From Candidatus Enterosoma sp. (GTDB taxonomy: Bacteria; Bacillota_I; Bacilli_A; RFN20; CAG-288), in contig JBNMLQ010000002.1 in assembly GCA_050874925.1 (NCBI GenBank), positions 1 through 48,867 of the forward strand: a DNA stretch of 48,867 bases, in the 5' to 3' direction. Positions within the stretch are counted from its first letter, which is position 1; each line of letters starts with the position of its first letter. The notes below the pieces were generated by a model. That model did not search any database, had not been told where the DNA came from, and worked only from the letters and a program-made list of their open reading frames with translations. Shown here in pieces: positions 19,025 to 27,459 of this stretch. The translations under genes and the position numbers were made by a program.

Positions 19025-19121
19025 CTCCACCAAAAAGATTTCCAAGCGAACCGGTATACGTTAATTGCAACGGATATCTAGGTGTCGTGTTCAAATGGCG
19101 TCCTTAACGGGACGTTTTTTT
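19025..19121 (+). repeat. degenerate copy C of the tRNA-Ala 3' end plus trailer plus terminator module
   Basis: CTCCACCAAAAAGATT versus CTCCACCAAAAATGATT at 17238-17254. Further collinear islands (GAACC, CTAGGT, GTTC, GGC.TCCT). Ends in the hairpin CGTCC/GGACG plus T7 (19099-19121). Confidence 0.55.
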
Positions 19122-19128
19122 GTTTGTT

Positions 19129-19164
19129 TACAATGACATTTACAGTGACTTTTACAGTGACATT
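19129..19164 (+). repeat. 3 x 12-bp tandem repeat (TACAATGACATT TACAGTGACTTT TACAGTGACATT)
   Basis: Read directly from the sequence. Shares the core GACATTT with the repeats upstream of paralogs 1 and 3. Confidence 0.85.
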
Positions 19165-19170
19165 CTAACT

Positions 19171-19226
19171 AATAAACGGACAATATAGGGCCATTTTATA
19201 GAAAATGTCCGTTTAACGATAGAATA
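19171..19226 (+). repeat. second, decayed copy of the paralog-1 promoter/operator module
   Basis: Aligns with 17581-17637 at about 49 of 57 positions with a 1-nt deletion. The central ACGGACAT site is mutated to AGGGCCAT. The -10 becomes TAGAAT. Confidence 0.8.
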
Positions 19227-19399
19227 ATCTTGTTATCTTTTCCATCGCTGACAACACGGATAAAGCTGCATACTTCTTCAAACGTATCATCTCCACAGGC
19301 GATATCATCTATTATTCTTCCAACCTGTCTGAAGCCATAGCAAAGACCATTGTCATTCCCAATGATGGAAGCAAGACCAAGTATGACGAAAGCATCCAA
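19196..19399 (-). pseudogene. possible truncated gene remnant (67-codon ORF, TTG start, 3' end runs into the repeat copy)
   Basis: ORF reads like real protein (VILGLASIIGNDNGLCYGFRQVGRIIDD) but has no RBS or ATG, and its last codons are supplied by the 19171-19226 repeat. Confidence 0.25.
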
Positions 19400-19493
19400 T
19401 GGTAGATGTTTCTTCGTATGACTCTATACTCAACTCTCGTTTTGATTTATAATCTATAGGCAATCAAAGAATTGCAAAAAGAGGTACTGTTTT

Positions 19494-20399
19494 ATGAAAA
19501 TCAATCTGGAAGTAAAGAAAGCATTGGAAGAAGGAAGACCTGTCGTAGCACTGGAATCCACCATCATTTCCCATGGCATGCCATATCCGAAGAACGTCGA
19601 ATGCGCTCTCGGTGTCGAGAAGGTCATCCGTGACAATGGTGCCATCCCTGCCACCATCGGTATCATCGAAGGAGAACCGATTGTCGGTATGACACCGGAA
19701 GAAATCGAACTCCTCGGCAAGACCAAGGGCATCGAAAAGGTCTCCAGGAGAGACATTCCCGTCATCTGTGCAATGAAGAAGTGGGGTGCAACGACCGTTG
19801 CAACCACCATGATCTTTGCCAAGATGGCCGGCATCGAATTCTTCGTCACCGGCGGTATCGGCGGAGCTCATAGAAAAGCCAACGTCACCTTTGATATCTC
19901 TGCCGATCTCGATGAACTTGGAAAGACCGATGTCACTGTCATCTGTGCAGGTCCGAAGGCCATCCTTGACCTTGGACTTACCCTCGAATATCTCGAGACC
20001 AAGGGTGTTCCGGTCCTCGGATACAATACCGACAAGCTTCCGGCCTTCTTTACCAGAACAAGCGATTTCAAGGTCGACTACAACGTCAAGACTCCTCTTG
20101 ACATCGCCAAGATTGTCAAAGCCAAGAGAGACTACCATCTTGAAGGTGGTGTCCTTGTCACCAATCCGATTCCGGAAGAATATTCTCTTCCTGCCGAATA
20201 CATCAATGCCGAAATCGACAAGGCTATCGCTGAAATGGAAGCCAAAGGCATCAGAGGAAAGGATGAAACCCCGTTCCTTCTTGCCAAGATCGTCGAACTT
20301 ACCGGCGGAAAGAGTCTGGAAGCCAACATCCACCTTATCATGAACAATGCCAAACTTGGTGCTCAGGCTGCCGTCGAATACGCCAAGCTCAGAAAGTAA
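19494..20399 (+). CDS. psuG: pseudouridine-5'-phosphate glycosidase
   Basis: VALESTIISHGMPYPKN and the remainder of the IndA/PsuG pattern; 301 aa. Confidence 0.92.
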   Translation: MKINLEVKKALEEGRPVVALESTIISHGMPYPKNVECALGVEKVIRDNGAIPATIGIIEGEPIVGMTPEEIELLGKTKGIEKVSRRDIPVICAMKKWGATTVATTMIFAKMAGIEFFVTGGIGGAHRKANVTFDISADLDELGKTDVTVICAGPKAILDLGLTLEYLETKGVPVLGYNTDKLPAFFTRTSDFKVDYNVKTPLDIAKIVKAKRDYHLEGGVLVTNPIPEEYSLPAEYINAEIDKAIAEMEAKGIRGKDETPFLLAKIVELTGGKSLEANIHLIMNNAKLGAQAAVEYAKLRK

Positions 20400-20400
20400 C

Positions 20401-21291
20401 ATGTCTGATACAATGCTCCTCTTTGGAGGCTCCAACATCGATTACATCGGAACAAGCGATGAGAAACTGATCGACGGAGTTTCCAATATCGGAAGCGTCA
20501 GCATCTCCTTCGGCGGAGTGATGAGAAACATCGCCGAGAATCTTGCCAGGCTTGGAAACCACATCGATTTCGTGACTGCCATCGGAAAGGATTCCCTTGG
20601 CATCAAGCTGAAAGAAGCTTTGCTATCCTTGGGAATCCATATCCATTCTCCAGAGAGCGACCTCATGACAGGTTCCTATCTTGCCATCAATGACTCGAAC
20701 CATGACATGGCCTTGGCTCTATGTGACAACAGGATCATCGAGACCATCAATCCGGATTACATCAAATCCTTGGATGCCTTGATAAAAGGACATGAATATC
20801 TTTCCCTGGATGCCAATCTCTCAAAGGAAGCCATCGACTTTCTCTTTAAGAATTACCCACAGAAGAAATTCATCGTCGAAGCCATCAGCCCGGAAAAGGT
20901 CGTCAAATTCAAAGACCATCTTTCAAAAATCTACCTGATCAAAGCAAACAGCCATGAAGCTGAGGCCTTGACAGGCAAATCGCTTTCTCCCATCACCATG
21001 ACCGAGGAGCTGTTGAAGAAAGGTGTAAAAAACGTCGTCCTCTCTTCCGGAGGAGATGACATCCATATCGGCTATGACCAGAACATCATCGAACCGGTAC
21101 AGGTAAAGCGGGAAACCGAATTTGTCAACACCACCGGCTGTGGAGATGCCTTGACCAGTGGTATCATCGATTATTTCCTCAGAGGCTATTCCCTGAAGGA
21201 ATCCGTAGAGTTCGGTCAGCTTCTATCCAAGCTGACACTGATGTCACCACACGCAACGACAGAAGAAGTAAAAAAATATAGGCATGACTAA
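20401..21291 (+). CDS. psuK: pseudouridine kinase (PfkB family)
   Basis: PfkB motifs (GGSNIDY.., NTTGCGDALTSG). ATG 1 nt after the psuG stop. Confidence 0.85.
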   Translation: MSDTMLLFGGSNIDYIGTSDEKLIDGVSNIGSVSISFGGVMRNIAENLARLGNHIDFVTAIGKDSLGIKLKEALLSLGIHIHSPESDLMTGSYLAINDSNHDMALALCDNRIIETINPDYIKSLDALIKGHEYLSLDANLSKEAIDFLFKNYPQKKFIVEAISPEKVVKFKDHLSKIYLIKANSHEAEALTGKSLSPITMTEELLKKGVKNVVLSSGGDDIHIGYDQNIIEPVQVKRETEFVNTTGCGDALTSGIIDYFLRGYSLKESVEFGQLLSKLTLMSPHATTEEVKKYRHD

Positions 21292-21310
21292 GGTCATGCC
21301 TATTTCTTTT
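21279..21310. terminator. bidirectional terminator between psuK and the lipoprotein gene
   Basis: TAGGCATGAC-TAAG-GTCATGCCTA hairpin flanked by an A-run and a T-run. Overlaps the psuK stop codon. Confidence 0.75.
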
Positions 21311-21313
21311 GAT
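21296..21313 (+). repeat. 18-bp exact direct repeat, copy 1 (ATGCCTATTTCTTTTGAT)
   Basis: Identical 18-mer at 21928-21945. Confidence 0.9.
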
Positions 21314-21327
21314 GGAAACAGTTCCGT

Positions 21328-21909
21328 CTATTTCAATGTATAGGTCAGAAGAAGGTCTTCCGTATATTGGAAATAGTGATGCAGCTCAAGTCCGTTTTCA
21401 GTGACTCCGAAAGTGATGGGATCGCCATAGGACAAATGATAATATCCGTTCTTCTTTACCTTTTCATAGACTTCCTTGGAAGTATACTTTGCCTGGAATG
21501 TCAGGTCAAAACCCTCCGGAGTCTTGTCAGACTGGTATTCCAACCATTTTACCTGATTATCGACGACGCGATGATCGAGGTCGACGAAAACACGTATTTC
21601 TTCAGCAAGGAATCCGGCAAGGCCGACAAAGTCATAATACTGATAATCCTGTGAATAGGGACTTTGGCAGACCTTGATGGTTTTATCCTCGATACCATAA
21701 TACCTATCGACATAAAGGGTATCCCCGCTATCATTCTGATAGATGAAGACTTCGGCATAGGTCGAAGAATATCCCGCGGTGACCTTCGTTTTCCCATCTG
21801 TGGAAACAATCTCCAATCTGCTGACTTCAATCGTCCCTCCTGTCGGCGCACCACAGGATGAAAGCAATGCAAGAGTAGAAGCAATCAACGCAACTTTACT
21901 GATTTTCAT
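21328..21909 (-). CDS. hypothetical lipoprotein
   Basis: Signal peptide with lipobox LLSSC (MKISKVALIASTLALLSSCG). AGGAGG RBS. Confidence 0.75.
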   Translation of the reverse strand: MKISKVALIASTLALLSSCGAPTGGTIEVSRLEIVSTDGKTKVTAGYSSTYAEVFIYQNDSGDTLYVDRYYGIEDKTIKVCQSPYSQDYQYYDFVGLAGFLAEEIRVFVDLDHRVVDNQVKWLEYQSDKTPEGFDLTFQAKYTSKEVYEKVKKNGYYHLSYGDPITFGVTENGLELHHYFQYTEDLLLTYTLK

Positions 21910-21927
21910 ATATTTCCTCCTTTATAT

Positions 21928-21945
21928 ATGCCTATTTCTTTTGAT
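21928..21945 (+). repeat. 18-bp exact direct repeat, copy 2 (overlaps the stop of the aldo/keto reductase gene)
   Basis: Identical to 21296-21313. Confidence 0.9.
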
Positions 21946-22936
21946 CCAACAGAACGACACCTTCCTTAGGATTCTCAAGGATGGCTCCGACAATCGGATG
22001 TGGAACGTAGGGTTCTTCAAGATATGCGACCTCTTCCTTCGTCAGCTTGACATCCAAGGAAGCAACGGCATCATCGACATAGATAGTCTTGGTCGCTCCG
22101 ATGATCGGAGCACCGATTCCCTTGAAATACTGCCATGCCAGAGCAATCTGGGACATCTTGCATCCATGCTTCAGGGAAAGCTCCTTGACTCTCTTGACGA
22201 TTTCCATATCATACTCTTCCATGCGATCATATTTGCCACATAAAGTCTTGTCCGTCTTTCTTCGAAGGGAATCATACATCCATGTGTCTCTGGTAAGATG
22301 GCCTCCTGCGAGTGGACTATAGGGCATCAAGAAGACGTCCTTTTTCTTACAGAGAGGTATCATCTCCCTTTCATCTTCCCTATATAGGAGATTGTAATGA
22401 TTTTCCATGGCTGAGAACTGTGTCCATCCATGTTCCTTTGCCACCATCTGCATGTCATAGAACTGATATCCATACATGGCCGAGGCTCCGATGGCCCTGA
22501 CCTTTCCTGATCTGACAAGATCATGAAGAGCTTCCATCGTTTCCTCGATGGGTGTCTCATAGTCAAAGCGATGGATGATATAGAGATCAAGATGGCTTGT
22601 GCCCAGTCTCCTCAGGGTTCCTTCAATCTCCCTGTTGATAGCCTCTTTTTTCAGCCTTCCAGGATTGAAATAGACTTTGGAGGCGATGACGACCTTGTCT
22701 CTTGCAACATTCTTCTTCAGAGCCCTTCCAAGATATTCTTCGCTTGTACCCTTGGAGTAACCATTTGCCGTATCGAAGAAATTGATACCCAAGCTTAGGG
22801 CATGTCTTATCACTTCCTCGCTTTTTTCTTCGTCCAGGGTCCAGTCATGCATGGTGCCAGCTTTTCCAAAGCTCATGCATCCTAAGCAGACCTTGGATAC
22901 TTCAATACCAGTCTTTCCAAGTTCTGTATATTCCAT
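21932..22936 (-). CDS. aldo/keto reductase
   Basis: MEYTELGKTGIEVSKVCLGCMSFG N-terminus and AKR blocks. Start trimmed to the ATG behind AAAGGAGAAAGG. Confidence 0.9.
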   Translation of the reverse strand: MEYTELGKTGIEVSKVCLGCMSFGKAGTMHDWTLDEEKSEEVIRHALSLGINFFDTANGYSKGTSEEYLGRALKKNVARDKVVIASKVYFNPGRLKKEAINREIEGTLRRLGTSHLDLYIIHRFDYETPIEETMEALHDLVRSGKVRAIGASAMYGYQFYDMQMVAKEHGWTQFSAMENHYNLLYREDEREMIPLCKKKDVFLMPYSPLAGGHLTRDTWMYDSLRRKTDKTLCGKYDRMEEYDMEIVKRVKELSLKHGCKMSQIALAWQYFKGIGAPIIGATKTIYVDDAVASLDVKLTKEEVAYLEEPYVPHPIVGAILENPKEGVVLLDQKK

Positions 22937-23002
22937 ATCCTTTCTCCTTTGTTTCATTATATCATATCGATTCATCATTAAAATGTTGAAAAACAAATCT
23001 TG

Positions 23003-23024
23003 GTTTTAAGTTCGTTTTAACTTC
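23003..23024 (+). promoter_or_regulatory. two 11-bp direct repeats (GTTTTAAGTTC GTTTTAACTTC); candidate OmpR-family response-regulator box
   Basis: Helical-turn-spaced direct repeats overlap the -35 position of a TAGACT -10 (23031-23036), upstream of the lipoprotein-RR-HK operon. Confidence 0.4.
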
Positions 23025-23064
23025 GCCTTCTAGACTGCTATCAAATAACAAGGAGGATTCCCTT

Positions 23065-24957
23065 ATGAAAAAAAGACTTCTTATGACTTTATCCCTTCTT
23101 TCTGCTCTTGCCTTGATAGGATGCAAGAATGCATCATCTGATACGAGAAGTTCTTCTGACACATCATCCAAAGGCAATGCATCGACATCGGACACATCCC
23201 AGTCAGGAAACACATCCGATACCTATAAAAATACCATCGACACCTATGTCGAACCTGAAATCGAGGCTTTTGAAAGCCAGACGGATGAAGACCTGTCCGA
23301 CTATGACATCACCGACATCAGCAAGCTGACAAAGAAACTGGAAATCACAAGCGGCGGAACCTATGTTCTGTGCAATGAGAATGATGATTTCCAGGTAGAA
23401 GTCAACACTTCTTCCGATGTCGTCTTGATCCTAAATGGTGTCAGCATCAAATCCACTGATGGACCTGCCATCAACGTCGTCAAAGCCAATTCCTTCACCT
23501 TGAAGCTTTCCAGTCACACCAAGAATTACCTGGAAGACTCTGAAAGCAACACACTCGACGGAGTCCTCAACGTCAAGAAATGCAATCTGGACATCCAAGG
23601 AGACGGATATCTTATCGTAAAGTCGAACGGACTTGTCACAGATGAAATCGAATCCGGCATCGGAATCTACTGTTCCAAGGAAATCGACATCAAGAAGAGT
23701 CACATCCAGGTGACTTCATGTGACCACGGAATCAGTGGAAAGACAGGATTGAAGGTGGAAGATGCCTACCTTGATATCACCGCATCCCTAGATGGCATCC
23801 ATTCCAAGGAAGGTGGATTGTCTTTGAAGAATTCCATCCTGAAGAACAGTTCCAAAGGTGATGGCATCGATGTCACGAATGAGATCGAGATAGATAGTTC
23901 TTCCCTCTATATCACAACAGAAGGAGAATTCCTTCTTTATTCCGCATCCCAGGATACGGACGACAGCCTCTATGAAGATAGCCGGTATATCAAAGACGGA
24001 AACAGCTACAAGAAGATATCCAAGGATGATATGAACCATTACCAGACGAGGTATTATTTCAAGACCAAATGCAAAGGCATGAAATCGGATACGGGAATCA
24101 ACATCGATGATTCCACAATCGACATCAATTCATCGGATGATGCCATCGCCTCTGACGGAGACATCGACATCATCCATTCCAAGATTGATATCCATACTTT
24201 GGATCAGGGACTCAACAGTGAACAGAACGTCAACATCGGAAGCAAGGAAACGACGACGTTCGATGAGAGCTTCTACATCCGCATCTATTCCTCCTTTGAA
24301 GGAATCCAGGGTGCCTATATCAACTTCTATGACGGATATACCTATATCATTTCCGATGACGATGGAGTCAATGCGACAAGCGATACTCTGAATGATGTCA
24401 GCATCAACATCCATCAGGAAGCCTTCCTATACGTCAATGCAGAAGGAGACGGAATCGATTCAAACGGTTACGTGACGATGGACGGAGGAACGGCTGTCAT
24501 ATATGGTCCGTCAAGCGGAGGAAACTTTTCTTTGGACTTCGACAAGACCTTTGCTCTGACGGGTGGAAATCTCTTTGCCTTCTCCAATCCGGATATGATT
24601 GAGCTTCCGGATAACAGCCAGAATCTTGTCAGCGCAAATACGAATGACAGCTTCGCCCAGAATGAGATGATCACATTGAAAGGGGATGACCTATCCTATT
24701 CCTTCTTGCTTCCAAAAGCCTATTCCAGGATGTCCTTCATCGCTTCTACACCTGAGCTGAAGACTTCTTCTACCTATCAGGTCTGCAAAGGAGGGACACC
24801 CAAAGGAAGTTTCCACAACGGTGTGCTTCTGGCTTCTGAAACATCCGGAGAGGAAACACTCTATGAATTCACCATCTCTTCTTTGACAACCAACCTTGGA
24901 AACGGAAACCAACAGGGCCCTGGCTTCAATCCTGGTGGAAGACCGGGCCGTCCATGA
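23065..24957 (+). CDS. Cthe_2159-like carbohydrate-binding beta-helix lipoprotein (PF14262-type)
   Basis: Lipobox LALIGC, Ser/Thr-rich linker, then ITSGGTYVL..VVLILNGVSIKSTDGPAINV and GDGIDSNGYVTMDGGTAVIYGP blocks typical of this family. Confidence 0.75.
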   Translation: MKKRLLMTLSLLSALALIGCKNASSDTRSSSDTSSKGNASTSDTSQSGNTSDTYKNTIDTYVEPEIEAFESQTDEDLSDYDITDISKLTKKLEITSGGTYVLCNENDDFQVEVNTSSDVVLILNGVSIKSTDGPAINVVKANSFTLKLSSHTKNYLEDSESNTLDGVLNVKKCNLDIQGDGYLIVKSNGLVTDEIESGIGIYCSKEIDIKKSHIQVTSCDHGISGKTGLKVEDAYLDITASLDGIHSKEGGLSLKNSILKNSSKGDGIDVTNEIEIDSSSLYITTEGEFLLYSASQDTDDSLYEDSRYIKDGNSYKKISKDDMNHYQTRYYFKTKCKGMKSDTGINIDDSTIDINSSDDAIASDGDIDIIHSKIDIHTLDQGLNSEQNVNIGSKETTTFDESFYIRIYSSFEGIQGAYINFYDGYTYIISDDDGVNATSDTLNDVSINIHQEAFLYVNAEGDGIDSNGYVTMDGGTAVIYGPSSGGNFSLDFDKTFALTGGNLFAFSNPDMIELPDNSQNLVSANTNDSFAQNEMITLKGDDLSYSFLLPKAYSRMSFIASTPELKTSSTYQVCKGGTPKGSFHNGVLLASETSGEETLYEFTISSLTTNLGNGNQQGPGFNPGGRPGRP

Positions 24958-24992
24958 TTCCATCCTCATCTGCTTTTTGCTAAAATAATGCC

Positions 24993-25670
24993 ATGAAAAT
25001 ACTTCTTGCTGATGATGAAAAAGACCTTCTTGACGGCCTGTCGACAATCCTGAAGATGAACCATTATGCCGTCGATTGCTGCCATGACGGAGAAGAAGCC
25101 ATCGCATTGCTCTCCCTATATTCCTATGATGTCGTGATACTGGATATCATGATGCCGAAGAAAGACGGCTATGAAGTCCTGAAGACGATGAGAGACAGGG
25201 GTGACCAAACCCCTGTCATCTTTCTGACTGCCAAAAGCGAACTCGATGACAAAATCAAAGGGTTCGATCTCGGAGCCGATGATTATCTTGGAAAGTCTTT
25301 TTCAGGAAAAGAACTTCTTGCCAGGATAAAAGCACTTCTCAGGCGTTCATCAAGAATGGAAGGATTCGTCCTTTCCTTTGGCAACACCATCCTCGACACG
25401 TCGGATTTTTCTATCCGTAACGGCGAAAAGAAAGAGCCTTTGGTCAACAAGGAATTCCAGATCATGGAATTGCTGATAAGTTCGCCGAAGAAGGTCTTTT
25501 CCAGCGAGAAGATCATGGAACATGTATGGCCCTATGATTCCTTGGCGGACATCTCCACCGTCTGGTCCTTCATCTCCAACCTGAGAAGGAAACTGAAGAA
25601 GATTGATAGCAACATCCTGATCAAGTCAAACCGAGGGCTGGGCTATTCCCTGGAGGAGAGCCATGTTTAG
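24993..25670 (+). CDS. OmpR/PhoB-family response regulator
   Basis: Receiver domain (DD..VILDIMMPKKDG..K) and C-terminal winged helix (..SNRGLGYSL). Confidence 0.92.
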   Translation: MKILLADDEKDLLDGLSTILKMNHYAVDCCHDGEEAIALLSLYSYDVVILDIMMPKKDGYEVLKTMRDRGDQTPVIFLTAKSELDDKIKGFDLGADDYLGKSFSGKELLARIKALLRRSSRMEGFVLSFGNTILDTSDFSIRNGEKKEPLVNKEFQIMELLISSPKKVFSSEKIMEHVWPYDSLADISTVWSFISNLRRKLKKIDSNILIKSNRGLGYSLEESHV

Positions 25671-26856
25671 GAATCTGAAAAGGAAGTTCTTCCTTTTGGT
25701 GTCCATCACGACTTTCCTGATTTTGCTTTTGGTGTTCTTGATTCTCAATCTCACCATGAAGGTTACGACGGAGAACAATCTGAAGAACCAGTTTGCCATG
25801 ATACAGGAAAGGCTGGATGAACCTCATAGACCGGATGGGCCTCACGAAGGTGGCTTCCCACCTAGGTACATCCTTGTCACCCTTGATGGAGATGAAATAT
25901 CAAGCATCTCTTCAAGCGAAGGATTTCCCCTTGATGAAAACAAAATCAAAGAGATGACCGCACAGGTCATCAGGAAAGAAAAGGGATTCGATCGAATCGA
26001 ATGCTATTATTATTCCTTCGAGAACTCCAGGATTCTTTATCTGGATGCGACAGCGGATATCAACAGCATGAAGAATACCTTGATGATTTCTCTTATCATC
26101 TGTTCTTCTTCCTTCCTGCTGATTTCCTTGTTTGCCTTTCTGATTTCCTCCATGGTCATCAAGCCCTATGAGAGACTGTATCAGAAAGAAAAGACCTTCA
26201 TCACCGATGCAAGCCATGAACTGAAGACACCCTTAAGCATCATCCAGACAAACAACGAAATCCTGAAGGAGACCTATCCGAATGACAGATGGGTCGACAG
26301 CAATCTCGTTCAGACAAAAAGAATGGGGAAACTCATCCATGATCTGATATCCTTAAGCAAGCTTGAAGAACTCAAAGGACGTATCTCAAAGGAAGATTTC
26401 TGCCTTTCCGACCTCCTTTTGGATGCCATCGTTCCCTATGAAGGCGTGTTCCAGAAAAAAGGTATCCAGGTAAAAGAAGATGTCACGGATGACATCCATT
26501 ATGTCGGAAACGAAGAGAGCATCATGAAACTCTTCCAGGTGATGACAGACAATGCCTTAAAATATACTTCACCAAACGGAACATTGAAGGTCAGCCTGAA
26601 GGAAGAAAAAAAGGCCGTCCTGATTCTTTTTGAAAACAGCACGACACTAAAAGAAGGTACAGACTTAAGCAATATCTTCGACCGCTTTGCATCATTGGAT
26701 CCTTCCAGGAGCCGTGACAGCTCCGGCTTTGGCATCGGGCTGTCGATTGCCAAGACGATTGTCGACTGCCATGAAGGAAAGATATCGGCATCGATAAAGG
26801 ATGGCATGATTCACTTTGAGATAAGACTGAAAAAAATAACTGCAAAGGCTTCTTGA
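25663..26856 (+). CDS. sensor histidine kinase
   Basis: Two TM segments, H-box FITDASHELKTPL, N and G boxes. 8-nt overlap with the response-regulator gene. Confidence 0.9.
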   Translation: MFRNLKRKFFLLVSITTFLILLLVFLILNLTMKVTTENNLKNQFAMIQERLDEPHRPDGPHEGGFPPRYILVTLDGDEISSISSSEGFPLDENKIKEMTAQVIRKEKGFDRIECYYYSFENSRILYLDATADINSMKNTLMISLIICSSSFLLISLFAFLISSMVIKPYERLYQKEKTFITDASHELKTPLSIIQTNNEILKETYPNDRWVDSNLVQTKRMGKLIHDLISLSKLEELKGRISKEDFCLSDLLLDAIVPYEGVFQKKGIQVKEDVTDDIHYVGNEESIMKLFQVMTDNALKYTSPNGTLKVSLKEEKKAVLILFENSTTLKEGTDLSNIFDRFASLDPSRSRDSSGFGIGLSIAKTIVDCHEGKISASIKDGMIHFEIRLKKITAKAS

Positions 26857-27094
26857 ATGATATGAAAGCAAAGCTTTTCCCTCATCAACGAACCATGCCT
26901 ACCCTCAAGGATCAGCTTATTTTTCAAAGATAATTACTACAAATTCCTACGACAGCCGAAGAAAAAGTAGCTTTCTATCGACATATTTCAAAACCAACTG
27001 TCAAAGTTTTATTCCGTGAAACCTGATAGCTATACCACATGAAATATCAAAGTTCCCAATCAGTCCTAAGATAATCAGGCTTGCCTGAATACGT

Positions 27095-27413
27095 CTAAAG
27101 ATTCTTGTAATAATCCGTGATATAGTCTTTTACGACAAAAGAGCCATCATTGATCTCAATAAGAGGTCATTCAGCTGCTTGAGAAGAGACAGCATGATAG
27201 GCTCTTCCTATTTTTTCCTTGTTGAAGTAACAAGGCATATCATAACAAACTCATAATATCCTTCATACATTTCCGATATCTCCTTGTTCAGTTCACGTAT
27301 CTTTTCATCGCTATCTAGGATATCGATACCGGTCAAAGGTTCTCCTGTCTGGGTGTTGCTTATTCAAATCGGTCCTTGCATGAAGTCTGATTTAAATTTA
27401 ACTGTCTTTTCAT
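27095..27413 (-). pseudogene. decayed gene remnants (frameshifted fragments)
   Basis: An 18-codon ORF with an RBS (27360-27413) continues in another frame as NTQTGEPLTGIDILDSDEKIRELNKEISEMYEGYYEF (27208-27363). A further fragment, PLIEINDGSFVVKDYITDYYKNL-stop, lies at 27095-27166. Confidence 0.3.
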
Positions 27414-27459
27414 TTTTCTCCGTATTGATAAAGCAAAAATTTTTATGCCTACAAACGCA

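Noticed and set aside
19464-20438. A 324-aa minus-strand ORF antisense to psuG
   Set aside because: It is a shadow ORF of a gene with unmistakable PsuG motifs on the plus strand. It has no RBS and a D/G/F-rich composition typical of antisense frames. The same reasoning applies to 5052-5834(-), 14468-15199(-), 35782-36450(-), 38878-39666(+), 40237-41136(+), 41479-42555(+), 43372-43965(+), 33354-33836(+) and 181-849(-).
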